DNA of 64,000 nt from an uncultured Nitrososphaerota archaeon (GCA_964416155.1 CAYQCW010000001.1:215211-279210), one strand, 5' to 3'. Counted from the stretch's first letter, positions 17,948 to 28,602 are shown. Numbers and translations are program-made. The notes: generated by a model not told the origin, from the letters alone.

Positions 17948-19604
17948 AGTATTTCTCCACGAGAGGAGTTAAATCTATCTCGAACCCGGCTGCAGGATTG
18001 TCTAAACCGTTCAACTCCAGCACCTCGGGATGAACCTCGCCAACAACCCCCAGTGGGCTACTGTTGAAAACAATTTTCGCAACCCTGCCCAGCGTAAACA
18101 AGGGGTCCTCACCCTTTTCGAACAAGACTGGTTCAACACACAGGCTGCTCAGCAGACTCAGGACGACTGACTTAGCCTCTGAGAAAGAGGCTGAAGAGTG
18201 CACCGATACTCCCGCCAGCGAGACCCGTGTAACCACAGACCCTTCTTCAGAGACCCTTACAACAGGACCTGTTTCAAAAATCCTCTGAGGGTACTTCTCA
18301 TGCTTATTGGAAGAGAGATTTCTTATCAAGCCTGGGAGGAGGGAATCCCTGAGCATTGTGAGCTCAACGCTGGAGGAGTTTGCCAGCCTAGCCCTCTCGC
18401 CAACAGGTCTCCTAACCATGCGGTAGTTCTGATCCTCGTTAGTAATCAGGAAGTTGAAAACCTCAGTGAAGCCCAGACCTATCATGATTAGCCTAGCCTT
18501 GTCCTGAACCATCGTCTCAGGATGCTTCAAGCCTATTGTGGAAGCTCCAGGGTAGGTCTGGGTCAGCCTCCAAAGGCCGTACCCTATGGCGACCTCCTCA
18601 ACAAGGTCGACGTTATGCATTATGTCAACCCTGTAGGGGGGAACCCCCATCTTGAACACGTTCCCGTCGTTCACCACTGAAAATCTGCATTTCAGGAAGC
18701 TCCTGTAGATCTCAGCGTTGCTAAGATTCTCCCCGAGGAGAGAATTAATATAGCTCGCTTCAACACTCATAGTCTTAGGCGTGAAATCCGGAAAAGTTTT
18801 CTCAGAGCCGTCGTCGTAAACTATCTTCACCGCCTCGATGTTCCCCCCCATGTCTTTAAACACGTATAGAAGTATGTTCAGAGCTCTGGAAGCATAATAC
18901 TCATCTAAGGCGGTTACGTCTATGAAGAGGTTTCTAGTCTCAGGGGTTAAGCGAGTCAGCTCAGAGTTTATTATCGGCGGGAAGGATAAAACCTCCCCGG
19001 TGGAATCAACTATCACAGGATACTTGTCAAACCGCTTGATAATATGGCCATATTCTAAACCCTTGTCAACCTCTTTCAAAACCTCGTTCAAAGTCATTCT
19101 CCTTTCTATTCCAAGCGGCTTAAACGAAACCGCGTCGGGGTCTGCAGCCATGTAGTAGACCGAGGGCCTAATCCTATCCAAGTCATGTATGCCGATTGAG
19201 ACCTTACGCCTATTCCTGCCAATACCCTGATGCAGGACCTCTTGAACATTAATCACCTCCTTCAAATCCTCCTCGGCGAGTTCCACGTTCCTCACCACAG
19301 CGGAGCATAAGACACCCCTGATCCCTCTGAGCCTGCTGTCAAAGTGAAACTCTATCGTGGGACTTGAGAAAACAGCTTCAGGATAGCCTAGCCTGATTTC
19401 AAGGAACCCCGCATACGCCCTAGCGATGCCTGCGTGACTCGAGAAATCCGGCCTGTTCGGATTATACTCTATTTTGACGAACCCTTCGCCAACATCCTCA
19501 ATGTCTGTCGCGAGCCACGGCAGGTCTTCGACAAGCTGCTTCAACCCAACGTCAATCCCCAGGAACCTGCTCAGCCTCTCAGGGTAAACCTCTATCACAG
19601 GCAT
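17937..19604 (-). CDS. pheT: Phenylalanyl-tRNA synthetase beta subunit
   Basis: NPNRPD, GIHDLD, SFPPIINS, PPYRVDIMH..DLVEEVAIGYG motifs. Confidence 0.97.
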   Translation of the reverse strand: MPVIEVYPERLSRFLGIDVGLKQLVEDLPWLATDIEDVGEGFVKIEYNPNRPDFSSHAGIARAYAGFLEIRLGYPEAVFSSPTIEFHFDSRLRGIRGVLCSAVVRNVELAEEDLKEVINVQEVLHQGIGRNRRKVSIGIHDLDRIRPSVYYMAADPDAVSFKPLGIERRMTLNEVLKEVDKGLEYGHIIKRFDKYPVIVDSTGEVLSFPPIINSELTRLTPETRNLFIDVTALDEYYASRALNILLYVFKDMGGNIEAVKIVYDDGSEKTFPDFTPKTMSVEASYINSLLGENLSNAEIYRSFLKCRFSVVNDGNVFKMGVPPYRVDIMHNVDLVEEVAIGYGLWRLTQTYPGASTIGLKHPETMVQDKARLIMIGLGFTEVFNFLITNEDQNYRMVRRPVGERARLANSSSVELTMLRDSLLPGLIRNLSSNKHEKYPQRIFETGPVVRVSEEGSVVTRVSLAGVSVHSSASFSEAKSVVLSLLSSLCVEPVLFEKGEDPLFTLGRVAKIVFNSSPLGVVGEVHPEVLELNGLDNPAAGFEIDLTPLVEKYSKR

Positions 19605-21079
19605 AGCTTAACCCTCCTCAGCCAGCCTAAATCGTTCTGGTAGAGGATGCGAATATCAGTAACGCCTAGCTTAAGCATCAGTAAACGCTCCAACCCGCCG
19701 CCCCAAGCAAGAACAGGATGATCAATACCGAGGGGCCTAGTGACCTCAGGTCTGAAAATACCCATGCCGCAGAGCTCAAGCCATCTGCCAGCCTGGGGAA
19801 CGTAGACAACGGAATTCATAGATGGCTCCGTATACGGGAAGTACGAGGGCCAGAACTGAACTTTCTCCAACCCGAGTTTCTTATAGAATTCCGTTAAGAC
19901 CCCTTTAAGGTCTCTAAGCGTCACACGCCTATCCATTATTATGCCCTCTATCTGGTGGAACTCTGCAAGGCTTTTAAAGGAAACCCTCTCATTTCTGAAA
20001 ACCCGGTCGACGCTAAAAATCTTAACCGGAGGATCCCTATGCTCATACAGGTATCTTACGGAGACACATGTGGTGTGGGTTCTCAACACGAGTCTCTTCG
20101 CAGCCTCTTCAGACCATTCTCCACCCCAGCCGGTTGAACCCGTCTCCCAACCGTTCTCATGCGTCCTCCTTACTCTTTCAACAAGCTGCCTGTCAGCTAG
20201 CTCCGTTGAGGAGGGGTGTGAAAGATAGAAAGTATCCTGCATTTCCCTAGCAGGATGATCCTGCGGAGTGAAGAGGACATCGAAGTTCCAGAAACACGAT
20301 TCGACAAGCGGGCCTTTTGCCTCGGTGAAACCCATCTCCGTAAAAATTTCCTTAACCTCTTTGATGAATTCCGTCAACGGGTGTAGTCTCCCAGGGTATA
20401 CTGGCTCAACATCGGCAGTGACATCGTAGGGTTTAAGCTCAACGTTTCTCCACTCCCTGGTTCTCAACAGCTCAGGAGTCAACTGGGTTACTGCAACCCT
20501 AAGCTCGACAAGCCTGCCGGCTTCAGTCAGAGAGACCAGTCTTTCAACCTTCTCCTCAACCCTAACTATGCCCCTGCCCGATAAGAGTTTAACAGTCTCA
20601 GTGTTCAACAGGCTGACGTCCAAGGGGCCTGACGCCAGCGTTCTGACAGTGGTTTCGTCAACCCCTTCGGGAGGCTCTTTCTCCACGACTATGTGTGGAA
20701 CACCGTTTACAGCCTTGATTGAGCCCCATCCCTTTCTACGAAGCCAGCCGAGCGCTATTGTGAAGAAGGACTCGTCAGGATAAGTCTTTCGAGCCTCTTC
20801 AAGAGGCATGACACCCCTATTCTCCAGTACCAGTTTCACGAGCCTTCTCTCGGGAAGCCCGTTTCTAGAATGGTATTCTCCCTCCCCGGTTAGCCTAGCA
20901 TACTTGGTCTCTCTGGTTGAGACGCTTACTAAGCCTTTCTGGGAGAGAGAGGATAAAGCGCTCGCGGCTGACGACTCGTTCAACTCCGTGAGCAGGCAGA
21001 GTTCGCTGAAGCCCATGGCTCTACCGGTTCTCCTAAGAGCCTCCACAATATCTTTCTCAATCCTAGATTCTAGGCTCAC
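19595..21079 (-). CDS. pheS: Phenylalanyl-tRNA synthetase alpha subunit
   Basis: FWNFDVLFTPQDHPAREMQDTFY, LRTHTT, FHQIEG and YFPYTEPS motifs. Confidence 0.98.
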   Translation of the reverse strand: MSLESRIEKDIVEALRRTGRAMGFSELCLLTELNESSAASALSSLSQKGLVSVSTRETKYARLTGEGEYHSRNGLPERRLVKLVLENRGVMPLEEARKTYPDESFFTIALGWLRRKGWGSIKAVNGVPHIVVEKEPPEGVDETTVRTLASGPLDVSLLNTETVKLLSGRGIVRVEEKVERLVSLTEAGRLVELRVAVTQLTPELLRTREWRNVELKPYDVTADVEPVYPGRLHPLTEFIKEVKEIFTEMGFTEAKGPLVESCFWNFDVLFTPQDHPAREMQDTFYLSHPSSTELADRQLVERVRRTHENGWETGSTGWGGEWSEEAAKRLVLRTHTTCVSVRYLYEHRDPPVKIFSVDRVFRNERVSFKSLAEFHQIEGIIMDRRVTLRDLKGVLTEFYKKLGLEKVQFWPSYFPYTEPSMNSVVYVPQAGRWLELCGMGIFRPEVTRPLGIDHPVLAWGGGLERLLMLKLGVTDIRILYQNDLGWLRRVKLCL

Positions 21080-21146
21080 CCTCCTACACCTGTTGTTTAA
21101 CGGGTGTGCATGCGGTTTTTAAATTTGAAACCTTAATAATTCCCGT

Positions 21147-22952
21147 TTGAGAAACATGCCGATGAAGCCAAGGGTTAAACCTCCTGAGATCGTTGAGAAA
21201 CTGGTTTCCGCAGCGCTTGGAAGGGGTAGGGCGAGCCTCGTCATCAGGAGAGGGGCTTTGGTGAACGTTTTCACGGGTGAGATTGTTGAAAACACGGATA
21301 TTGCCGTGGCTGACGACAGGATAGTGCTGGTGGGGAACGCTGAGCACGCGATCGGGTCTGAGACTAGGATTATCGACGCTTACGGGAAATATTTGACGCC
21401 AGGATTCCTAGACGGACATGTGCATGTGGAGAGCTCGATGCTCACAGTGACCCAGTTCGCAAAAACGGTTCTACCCCACGGGACGACAACGGTTTTCATA
21501 GATCCCCATGAGATTGCAAACGTGCTTGGGATAAACGGGGTTAGAATGATGCATGACGAGGGATTAGTCTTGCCTTTGAAAGTCTATGTTTCAATCCCTA
21601 GCTGTGTGCCGGCGACCAGCCTGGAGTTTGAGACCGCGGGAGCCGAAATAGGTTTGAAGGAGGTTGAGGAAGCATTTTCATGGAGGAATACCGTTGCGCT
21701 GGGCGAGGTTATGAATTACCCTGGAGTCTTATCGTTAGACCCTAAGATTATAAGCGAGGTTAAAGCGGCTTTGAGAAGCAGCAGGATTGTTGAAGGACAT
21801 TTCTTCGGAAACCTTAACGAGGAGCTTAACGCTTACGTTGCAGCAGGAATATCCTCAGACCACGAGTCCGTGACGATGGAGGCTGGGCTTGCTAAACTAA
21901 GGCTAGGGATGCACGTAATGATTAGGGAAGCATCGGCCTGGAGGGATTTGAAGGAGGTTATAAGGATGGTTACGGAGAGGAAGGTTGACGCGAGGAGAGT
22001 CTGCCTGGTTAGCGACGACAGGGAGCCCAGCGACCTGTTGAAAGAGGGGCATATTGACCATATCGTTAGAAGAGCTATTGAAGAAGGCGTTGACCCTGTG
22101 ACCAGTATTCAAATGGCCACGTTGAACACTGCGGAACACTTTAAAGTCGACGGTGAGATAGGTGCCTTAGCCCCCGGCATGATCGCAGACATACTGATCG
22201 TGAGCGATTTGAAAAAGGTTCTCGTCGAAACGGTGATAGCTAACGGCAGGGTTGTCGCGAAAAACGGCAGGCTGGTGGCGGAGATGCCTGAATACCAGTA
22301 TCCCGAGGAGGCGAGGAGAACAGTCAGGCTCGGCAGAAAGCTTGATGAAAACGATTTCAAGATAAGGGTTGACCCTAACAAGCAGGTTTTCAAAGTCAGG
22401 ACTATCCAGGTTGTCGAGGCCAAGACTCTTACTAGAAGCATGCTCGTCGACATGAGGCAGAGAAACGGTTTCCTAGAGGCGGATCCAGCCCAAGATATTG
22501 CTAAAGTCGCTGTTGTTGAAAGACACAGGGCGTCTGGCAACATGGGGATAGGCTTCGTCAAGGGCTTCGGCTTCAAGAATGGCGCCGTAGCGTCTACAGT
22601 AGCCCACGACAGTCACAACATGCTTATAGTAGGGGTGAACGACAGAGACATGGCTCTCGCAGGGAACACGTTGGCTGAAGCAGGAGGAGGAATGATAGCT
22701 GTTGAAAACAGCCGGATACTGGCTCTGCTGGAGCTCCCAATAGCCGGCTTAATGTCGGATAAGCCTGTTCAAGAGGTTGCGTCGAAAGTTGAAAAGCTTT
22801 CAGAGTCTTGGAGACAGCTGGGCTGCATGATGACCCGTCCATTCATGACGATGTCTTTGCTGGCCCTTCCTGTGCTCCCTGAGCTAAGGATAACCGATAA
22901 GGGGCTCATCGACACGGTTAATTTCCGGAGGACAAGCCTTATATTGGAATAG
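21147..22952 (+). CDS. ade: Adenine deaminase
   Basis: PGFLDGHVHVESS, DPHEIANV, GEVMNYPGV and AHDSHN motifs. Confidence 0.96.
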   Translation: MRNMPMKPRVKPPEIVEKLVSAALGRGRASLVIRRGALVNVFTGEIVENTDIAVADDRIVLVGNAEHAIGSETRIIDAYGKYLTPGFLDGHVHVESSMLTVTQFAKTVLPHGTTTVFIDPHEIANVLGINGVRMMHDEGLVLPLKVYVSIPSCVPATSLEFETAGAEIGLKEVEEAFSWRNTVALGEVMNYPGVLSLDPKIISEVKAALRSSRIVEGHFFGNLNEELNAYVAAGISSDHESVTMEAGLAKLRLGMHVMIREASAWRDLKEVIRMVTERKVDARRVCLVSDDREPSDLLKEGHIDHIVRRAIEEGVDPVTSIQMATLNTAEHFKVDGEIGALAPGMIADILIVSDLKKVLVETVIANGRVVAKNGRLVAEMPEYQYPEEARRTVRLGRKLDENDFKIRVDPNKQVFKVRTIQVVEAKTLTRSMLVDMRQRNGFLEADPAQDIAKVAVVERHRASGNMGIGFVKGFGFKNGAVASTVAHDSHNMLIVGVNDRDMALAGNTLAEAGGGMIAVENSRILALLELPIAGLMSDKPVQEVASKVEKLSESWRQLGCMMTRPFMTMSLLALPVLPELRITDKGLIDTVNFRRTSLILE

Positions 22953-23022
22953 CCTTTTCCAGTTTCCCGGCTTACAGTAGTCTTAATAAACCCTTTTAAA
23001 ATGCTTCTCAAAGTGTTAAGCG

Positions 23023-24069
23023 TTGAGTAAGCTGACGCTGGCCTGGCTCATGCCTGTTTCCCGCAGAATCGACTCCTTCATAAGCGGGGAGATAACGGAA
23101 TTCTACAGGGATGCTTTAAACAAGGGGTTAATAGGCGGCGGGGAGGCTGAAGCCCAGCTTGAGAAAGCCCTTTCCCACAAGACGGATTTTGTAACAGCCC
23201 TCAAGATAAGCGTGCCAGTCAACTGGAGGAGCAGTGTTTCACACAGGCTTTGGAAGAGCGAGGGCAGTGTTTCCGGCTTTAAAACAATGCTGAAAACCAT
23301 GCGGGACAGGAGAATGTACGATTTGGCGACAACCTTCGCAATAGCCTTGAAGTCTGGAGACATTAGGGATGAGGCTTTCGACGAGAAAGACTTCGCGAAG
23401 CCCGAGGAGTATGAGTTTAAAATAAGGATTGCGGATAATCTTGAGAGCCTAGTCAACAAGAGGGTTAGAGAAATACACAGGGAAGGGTTTGCCGAAAAAT
23501 ATTTTAAAGGAAGGGAAGAGGTTTTCAACTACGAGTTTAAAGACCTGAAGTACTCTGAGCTTTTCAGAAGGGGGGAATACGATAAAATACTTTCCCTCTA
23601 TGAAGATTTGAAGGAGACGTGGCACGGTAAGACAGCGGGGATAGGAGAGAGAGTGGTTTCACTCACTCTTTTCGAGGCAGGCATACTGGATGAGGAGCCT
23701 GATGCCTGTGAAGCCATAGTGAAGTACCAGTGGGCAATAACCAACATTTGGATGTGGAGCGACGAGATGAAAGACCTTTTCAGCAATCTGAGGGAGGGCA
23801 GCATAAACATGCTTATCGTAGAATGTTTGAAGAACGGGCTTAAGAGGGTTGACGAGCAGTCTGTTAAGGATTTCATCGCGAGTAACCTGAGCGTCCTGGA
23901 TGAGCCGGTCAAGGAGTATTTCCAGCTGGTTAGAAGAATCGAAGACGAGATGAGAAGATATCCCTGGATAAATATGATGGATTACTCGGAGGGGGCTAAG
24001 ATAGTTTTCAAAAAGTTTGATGAAAGAAAGAGAAGCCTGTTGAAAACAATTAGTTTCGGAAAAGCATAG
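23023..24069 (+). CDS. Hypothetical alpha-helical protein, possibly class I isoprenoid-synthase fold
   Basis: GDIRDEAFDE, GKTA and WSDEMKDL..NLREGSIN resemble degenerate first and second Asp-rich motifs. Confidence 0.55.
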   Translation: MSKLTLAWLMPVSRRIDSFISGEITEFYRDALNKGLIGGGEAEAQLEKALSHKTDFVTALKISVPVNWRSSVSHRLWKSEGSVSGFKTMLKTMRDRRMYDLATTFAIALKSGDIRDEAFDEKDFAKPEEYEFKIRIADNLESLVNKRVREIHREGFAEKYFKGREEVFNYEFKDLKYSELFRRGEYDKILSLYEDLKETWHGKTAGIGERVVSLTLFEAGILDEEPDACEAIVKYQWAITNIWMWSDEMKDLFSNLREGSINMLIVECLKNGLKRVDEQSVKDFIASNLSVLDEPVKEYFQLVRRIEDEMRRYPWINMMDYSEGAKIVFKKFDERKRSLLKTISFGKA

Positions 24070-24316
24070 CTCTAAGCCACTGACCCCGTGACCACGCCGC
24101 CTCCTCACCGTGGGATCAAGCGGCATCAGCGGGAACCCGTGGAAGGCCTTTAGGCATCAGAATGCTTGCAACCAGGCGGCATGTTTTCAACGCGTGTATG
24201 CTACGCCCCCCACTGTATCCGTAAAACAAGGTTTAACTGTCTGAAAGACGGCCCTATTTTCGGGTAAACTGTTATAAATATGGATAGAGCCGTCTAGGAA
24301 GGCTAGAGGTTTAGAA

Positions 24317-25558
24317 GTGAGCAGCATGAGGAAAAGCAGCATCGCTAGGATTGCCGCCTTAACCATAATAATGCTGAGTGTTTTCAATTATACTGTTAAA
24401 GCCCCTGAAAACTGGGATGCGTATTACTATAGTCTTAGGATGTTTCTCATAAACAAGGGTTCAAGCAGCTACACCCCTATTCTGGAGGACAGGTTATTCC
24501 TGATTTTTCCAAACACTTCAACCCAAAAAACGTACATTTACGAAGCTGAACCGAGTGTCAAACGGATTTTTACGGATGAGGACGGTAATCTGCTTGCAGA
24601 ACTAGATTTCCCAGAGACCATTGAACCTGGTGGAAACATTACAGTGAAAATCATAATAATGATTAACATAACCTTCAGAAGACTGCCTGAAATCTCCGTC
24701 GACTCGTCCGGAAGCTTCTCCGACATACCTGCTTCGCTCGCAAACTACACTGTTCCGAGCGGAGCGTGGACATATGAAGATGAAGGCTTGAAGTATATAG
24801 CTGACCTTGCTGCCCAGATCAAAGGGAACGATACGAATATCCTCCGGGTAGTTTCTAAAATGGTTGAGTACATAGGGCGTAGAGTTACGTATCCTGAAGG
24901 GGAGAAACTAAGACCACCCCAGTATCCTAACCAGACGCTGCCTACAACTGGTGAAACCGGCCGGGGAGACTGCGACGACCAGTCTACACTCCTAGTAACC
25001 ATGCTTAGATCAGTCGGAATACCCGCCTATCTTCAAACCGGGGGGGTGGTTTCACCCTCATACAGCGTCAAAGGGGAAACGTGGGGCGGACACTTAACCT
25101 TGGTTTCAAAAGGAGTAGGATGGCACGGGTGGGTTGAAGCCTACATTCCGCCATGGGGCTGGCTCCCCGTGGACATAACCTATGGGTATTATTATCGCCG
25201 CCAAGACTCCTTGTCGTCAATAAAGTATTCAGCCTCAGCCCGCGAGCTTATGCTTGAATCCGAGAGATATTCGTCAAAAGATTTTGTGGCAGAGTATTTA
25301 AAGACGAAGGAAAGAATTATGGGCAGCAGTATCTTCATACGCATGGAGGAAGAGGTTTACGAAGCGCCTTTTCCCGATAATGTTTCTCCACAGGCAGAGC
25401 AGCCTTGGGGAAAGGTGCCGCAGGCACTATTGTTTCCAATCTTGGCAGGGTGCATAGTTGTGCTTACTATTTTATTCTTGCTGAGGCTAGCAAGCCCCAA
25501 GTTTAAGGGAACAAGGGCTGAAACATTGGTTTCGAAGCTTAATCGCACACGCCTGTGA
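24317..25558 (+). CDS. Membrane-anchored transglutaminase-like domain protein
   Basis: Signal peptide; GDCDDQS...LRSVGIPA, HGWVEAYIP.WGW.PVD (Cys-His-Asp triad); C-terminal TM helix. Confidence 0.92.
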   Translation: MSSMRKSSIARIAALTIIMLSVFNYTVKAPENWDAYYYSLRMFLINKGSSSYTPILEDRLFLIFPNTSTQKTYIYEAEPSVKRIFTDEDGNLLAELDFPETIEPGGNITVKIIIMINITFRRLPEISVDSSGSFSDIPASLANYTVPSGAWTYEDEGLKYIADLAAQIKGNDTNILRVVSKMVEYIGRRVTYPEGEKLRPPQYPNQTLPTTGETGRGDCDDQSTLLVTMLRSVGIPAYLQTGGVVSPSYSVKGETWGGHLTLVSKGVGWHGWVEAYIPPWGWLPVDITYGYYYRRQDSLSSIKYSASARELMLESERYSSKDFVAEYLKTKERIMGSSIFIRMEEEVYEAPFPDNVSPQAEQPWGKVPQALLFPILAGCIVVLTILFLLRLASPKFKGTRAETLVSKLNRTRL

Positions 25559-25604
25559 TGAGAGAAATAGGTTTAAATCATCCCTCTAAAGCATATATTT
25601 CTCG

Positions 25605-25835
25605 TTGCCGGGTAAGAAATCAGAGTGGATAGGCATACTCCTACTCACGGTAGCCCTATTCGGAGGGATGATGTTTTTCAAGGAGACGGTCTATTTTCTC
25701 ACATTAACAATCCTCCTGTTAACGATTATGGTTACATATATTTTATTTAACTCTAGAAGGAAGAATTCTTTTAAGAAGCCTGGTGAAAAACCTGAGCAGG
25801 AGAATAAGGCCAGCCCAAGCCAGGATGTCGAGTAA
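25605..25835 (+). CDS. Small two-TM membrane protein
   Basis: Two hydrophobic helices and a basic tail; TATA-like element upstream. Overlaps the 3' end of 25743-26045. Confidence 0.5.
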   Translation: MPGKKSEWIGILLLTVALFGGMMFFKETVYFLTLTILLLTIMVTYILFNSRRKNSFKKPGEKPEQENKASPSQDVE

Positions 25836-26045
25836 AAGGAATAGGGGGTCAAGCTTAACCTCAACGTATTTCGCAACCTTAACGTCTATAATCTGCGTTA
25901 GAAAGGGAAGGGGAAGACCGTTTTTAACATAGTGGTGGGATTCTGATGGGCTGTAGAGCCCGATTAACCCTGTTGCCAAGGTTAAAACAAGCGCTTTCAG
26001 AAGCAGCCCGACTGTTTCTCTAAGCCTTACTGCACTCTTTTCCAA
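25743..26045 (-). CDS. Small membrane protein
   Basis: TM-GLPLPF-...-LLLDILAW pattern common in small archaeal membrane proteins; convergent overlap with the previous ORF. Confidence 0.5.
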   Translation of the reverse strand: MEKSAVRLRETVGLLLKALVLTLATGLIGLYSPSESHHYVKNGLPLPFLTQIIDVKVAKYVEVKLDPLFLLLDILAWAGLILLLRFFTRLLKRILPSRVK

Positions 26046-26080
26046 AGCATTAAATTTGAAAAACGCGAAGAATATTAATC

Positions 26081-26947
26081 TTGCGAAACAGTGTAAGGAG
26101 GCAGGGAATGGTGTTTGAGGATGAGCTTAGGAAAACCGGCAGTATGAGCAGGGATGAAACGGTCAGGCTTTGCGAAGAGGCTTTTGAAAAACTGGGTGCT
26201 GAGCCGCCAGTCTTAAGGCTGAATTACGAAAAAATCCTGGTTATTGGCGACCTTCACGGGGACTTAGAGTCGTGTGTAAATGCTCTGCGCCTCGCTAGGC
26301 TTAGCGAAGCCAAGGCTGTTTTTCTCGGAGACTATGTTGACAGGGGGCCGCATCAGAGTAGCGTTATAAACCTTCTCTTACAGATGAAAGCCTATAATCC
26401 TGATTCAATATTCCTCTTGAGGGGAAACCATGAAACACCTTCGATGAATTTTTCATACGGTTTTCTAAATCTTCTCGCAAGAAGGTTTGGAAAAGACTAT
26501 GAGAAGGTTTACGAAGCATATTTGAAAGTTTTCTCGGAAATGCCTTTGGCTGGGATAGTTAACAACAGGATAATGCTGGTTCACGGAGGGCTCGCCAAGG
26601 GGCTTGAAAGAATCGAGGAGCTTGAAAAAGCCGGTAAAGGAGGACTTGAACCTGAAGACAAAAAGGTTTTCGAAACACTCTGGAACGATCCCTCTGAAGA
26701 CGTTGAAGAATTCTCGTACAACCCTAGGGGACGGGGGATCCACTGTTTCGGCGGAAAGGCTCTTGAAAGATTTCTGAGGAACAATGGCCTTAGAATGATG
26801 GTGAGGAGCCATGAGCCCGTCCCGCAGGGTTACCGTATTCTTTTCAACGGGCTCTTAATAACCGTCTTTTCCTGCAGGTTCTACAAAGTGGAGCCTAAGG
26901 CATTAGAATTGAAAGATGGAGAATACTTTTTAAAAAACTTAGAATAG
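26081..26947 (+). CDS. PPP-family serine/threonine protein phosphatase
   Basis: GDLHG, GDYVDRG, LRGNHE, HGG, LWNDP and RSHE motifs; true start may be ATG 26108. Confidence 0.93.
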   Translation: MRNSVRRQGMVFEDELRKTGSMSRDETVRLCEEAFEKLGAEPPVLRLNYEKILVIGDLHGDLESCVNALRLARLSEAKAVFLGDYVDRGPHQSSVINLLLQMKAYNPDSIFLLRGNHETPSMNFSYGFLNLLARRFGKDYEKVYEAYLKVFSEMPLAGIVNNRIMLVHGGLAKGLERIEELEKAGKGGLEPEDKKVFETLWNDPSEDVEEFSYNPRGRGIHCFGGKALERFLRNNGLRMMVRSHEPVPQGYRILFNGLLITVFSCRFYKVEPKALELKDGEYFLKNLE

Positions 26948-27033
26948 AAGGATACGCGACTCCAAGCTAGAGAGACTTGATTGTTGCAAACGGCTTCAAG
27001 CCTGCGAGACTTAGTTAAGCTTATAAATATGGG

Positions 27034-27387
27034 TTGAAGCAACATGCCGAAATGAGCTCTGAAATAAGCATGGATGACTTCAAGAAGGTTAAGATGATTG
27101 TTGGAACAATAGTGTCTGCTGAGAAGGTTAAGGGTTCTGAAAAGCTTCTGAAGCTTCAGGTAAGCCTAGGAGGAAACGTTGTGAAACAGTCGGTGGCAGG
27201 CCTAGGAGCATTCTATGCTCCGGAGCAACTCGTCGGGAAACAATACGTTTTCGTGACTAACCTTAAGCCGGCTGTCTTAATGGGGCAGGTTTCTGAAGTA
27301 ATGATTCTTGCAGCCGTCGAAGGAAAGAGCAGGGTAGCGTTAGTATGCCCCGACAGCAGGATTTCAGACGGCTCTCCCGTAACATAA
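27034..27387 (+). CDS. Stand-alone tRNA-binding OB domain (MetRS C-terminal/CsaA-like)
   Basis: DDFKKV...VG.I, KLLKL.V.LG and NLKP..LMG..SE.MILAA motifs. Confidence 0.9.
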   Translation: MKQHAEMSSEISMDDFKKVKMIVGTIVSAEKVKGSEKLLKLQVSLGGNVVKQSVAGLGAFYAPEQLVGKQYVFVTNLKPAVLMGQVSEVMILAAVEGKSRVALVCPDSRISDGSPVT

Positions 27388-27395
27388 GGCTTACG

Positions 27396-28451
27396 CTAGG
27401 CTTTCATTATTCGGTATCCGGCTGCTTTCCTAAGCCTGTTCTGTATAGCCATGCCGATGCCTTCTTCAGGAAAGCCCTCAGCCACTATAATATCCGGGTT
27501 CATCCTGTCAAGGCTCCTCAGAGCCGAATAGATCCTTCTCGCCACAAGGTCAAGCCTATTCCTCTGGGCAAGCACCTCCAGAATGACTCCTGCAGGCAAT
27601 CGGCGAGCAGTCTCCTCTGAAACCATGCATCCGACTTTCAAACCAGATTTCAAGTATTCCTCAACCGTTTCAACTATTTTTGCAACCTTCTTCTCATAAT
27701 CGTCTCCCTCAACGACAATCATATCTGCCTTGGGAGCATAGTGCCTGTACTTCATGCCGGGAGAGGCTGGAATCCCTTCGAAACCTCCGGACAATATTGA
27801 AGGATGAACCTCAACATCGCCAAGGTATTTCCTGAGGGTCTCGAGAGGAATGGGGCCCGGCCTGAGTATGACGGACCTGTTCTCAGATATCTGGATAACA
27901 GTCGACTCTACCCCTATGAATGTTTCACCAGCGTCAATTATCATGTCTATCGAGCCGTTTAAATCCTCATACACGTCCTTAGCGTTAGTTGGGCTGGGCC
28001 TCCCTGAAAGATTAGCGCTCGGAGCAGCTATCGGAGAGCTCAAGTGCTCTATCAATCCTAAAGCAACATTGTGAGCAGGCATTCGTACAGCAACCGTTTC
28101 AAGACTCGCTGACACAGCTGAAGGGATTTTTCGAGACCTAGGGACAACAATGGTCAACGGACCGGGCCAGAGTTCCCCGACCAGTTTCTCAGCCTTACGA
28201 GGGACGCTGGTTGAAACATCGTTAAGCATCTCCATGCTCGAGACATGCACTATAACAGGGTTGTCAAGGGGCCTCTTCTTGGCTCTGAATATTTTCAGAA
28301 CAGCGTTCTCGTTGAAAGCGTCAGCCCCCAAGCCGTATACGGTCTCGGTTGGGAAGGCTACGAGTCCACCTGACTTTAGTACTGCCGCAGCCTCCTGAAG
28401 CACCTTCCCAGAGGGACGATGCTTATCCGTCTTCAGAACTCTTGTCAGCAA
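27396..28451 (-). CDS. sua5: L-threonylcarbamoyladenylate synthase Sua5
   Basis: VAFPTETVYGLGA, K.RP.DNP, WPGPLT, APSANLSG.PSPT and PGMKYRHYAP motifs. Confidence 0.97.
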   Translation of the reverse strand: MLTRVLKTDKHRPSGKVLQEAAAVLKSGGLVAFPTETVYGLGADAFNENAVLKIFRAKKRPLDNPVIVHVSSMEMLNDVSTSVPRKAEKLVGELWPGPLTIVVPRSRKIPSAVSASLETVAVRMPAHNVALGLIEHLSSPIAAPSANLSGRPSPTNAKDVYEDLNGSIDMIIDAGETFIGVESTVIQISENRSVILRPGPIPLETLRKYLGDVEVHPSILSGGFEGIPASPGMKYRHYAPKADMIVVEGDDYEKKVAKIVETVEEYLKSGLKVGCMVSEETARRLPAGVILEVLAQRNRLDLVARRIYSALRSLDRMNPDIIVAEGFPEEGIGMAIQNRLRKAAGYRIMKA

Positions 28452-28602
28452 CCAGGTTATATGAACAGCTTAGCCAGTTAATAACATTTTTAGAAGAAAA
28501 TGTTCTTTAAAAACCACCAGGAATACGCCTTGATGGAGCTAAAAACAATATAGTCCAGCAAGACGAAAGAAATTTAAAAGAGGTTTAACCAGATAGTGGG
28601 AA

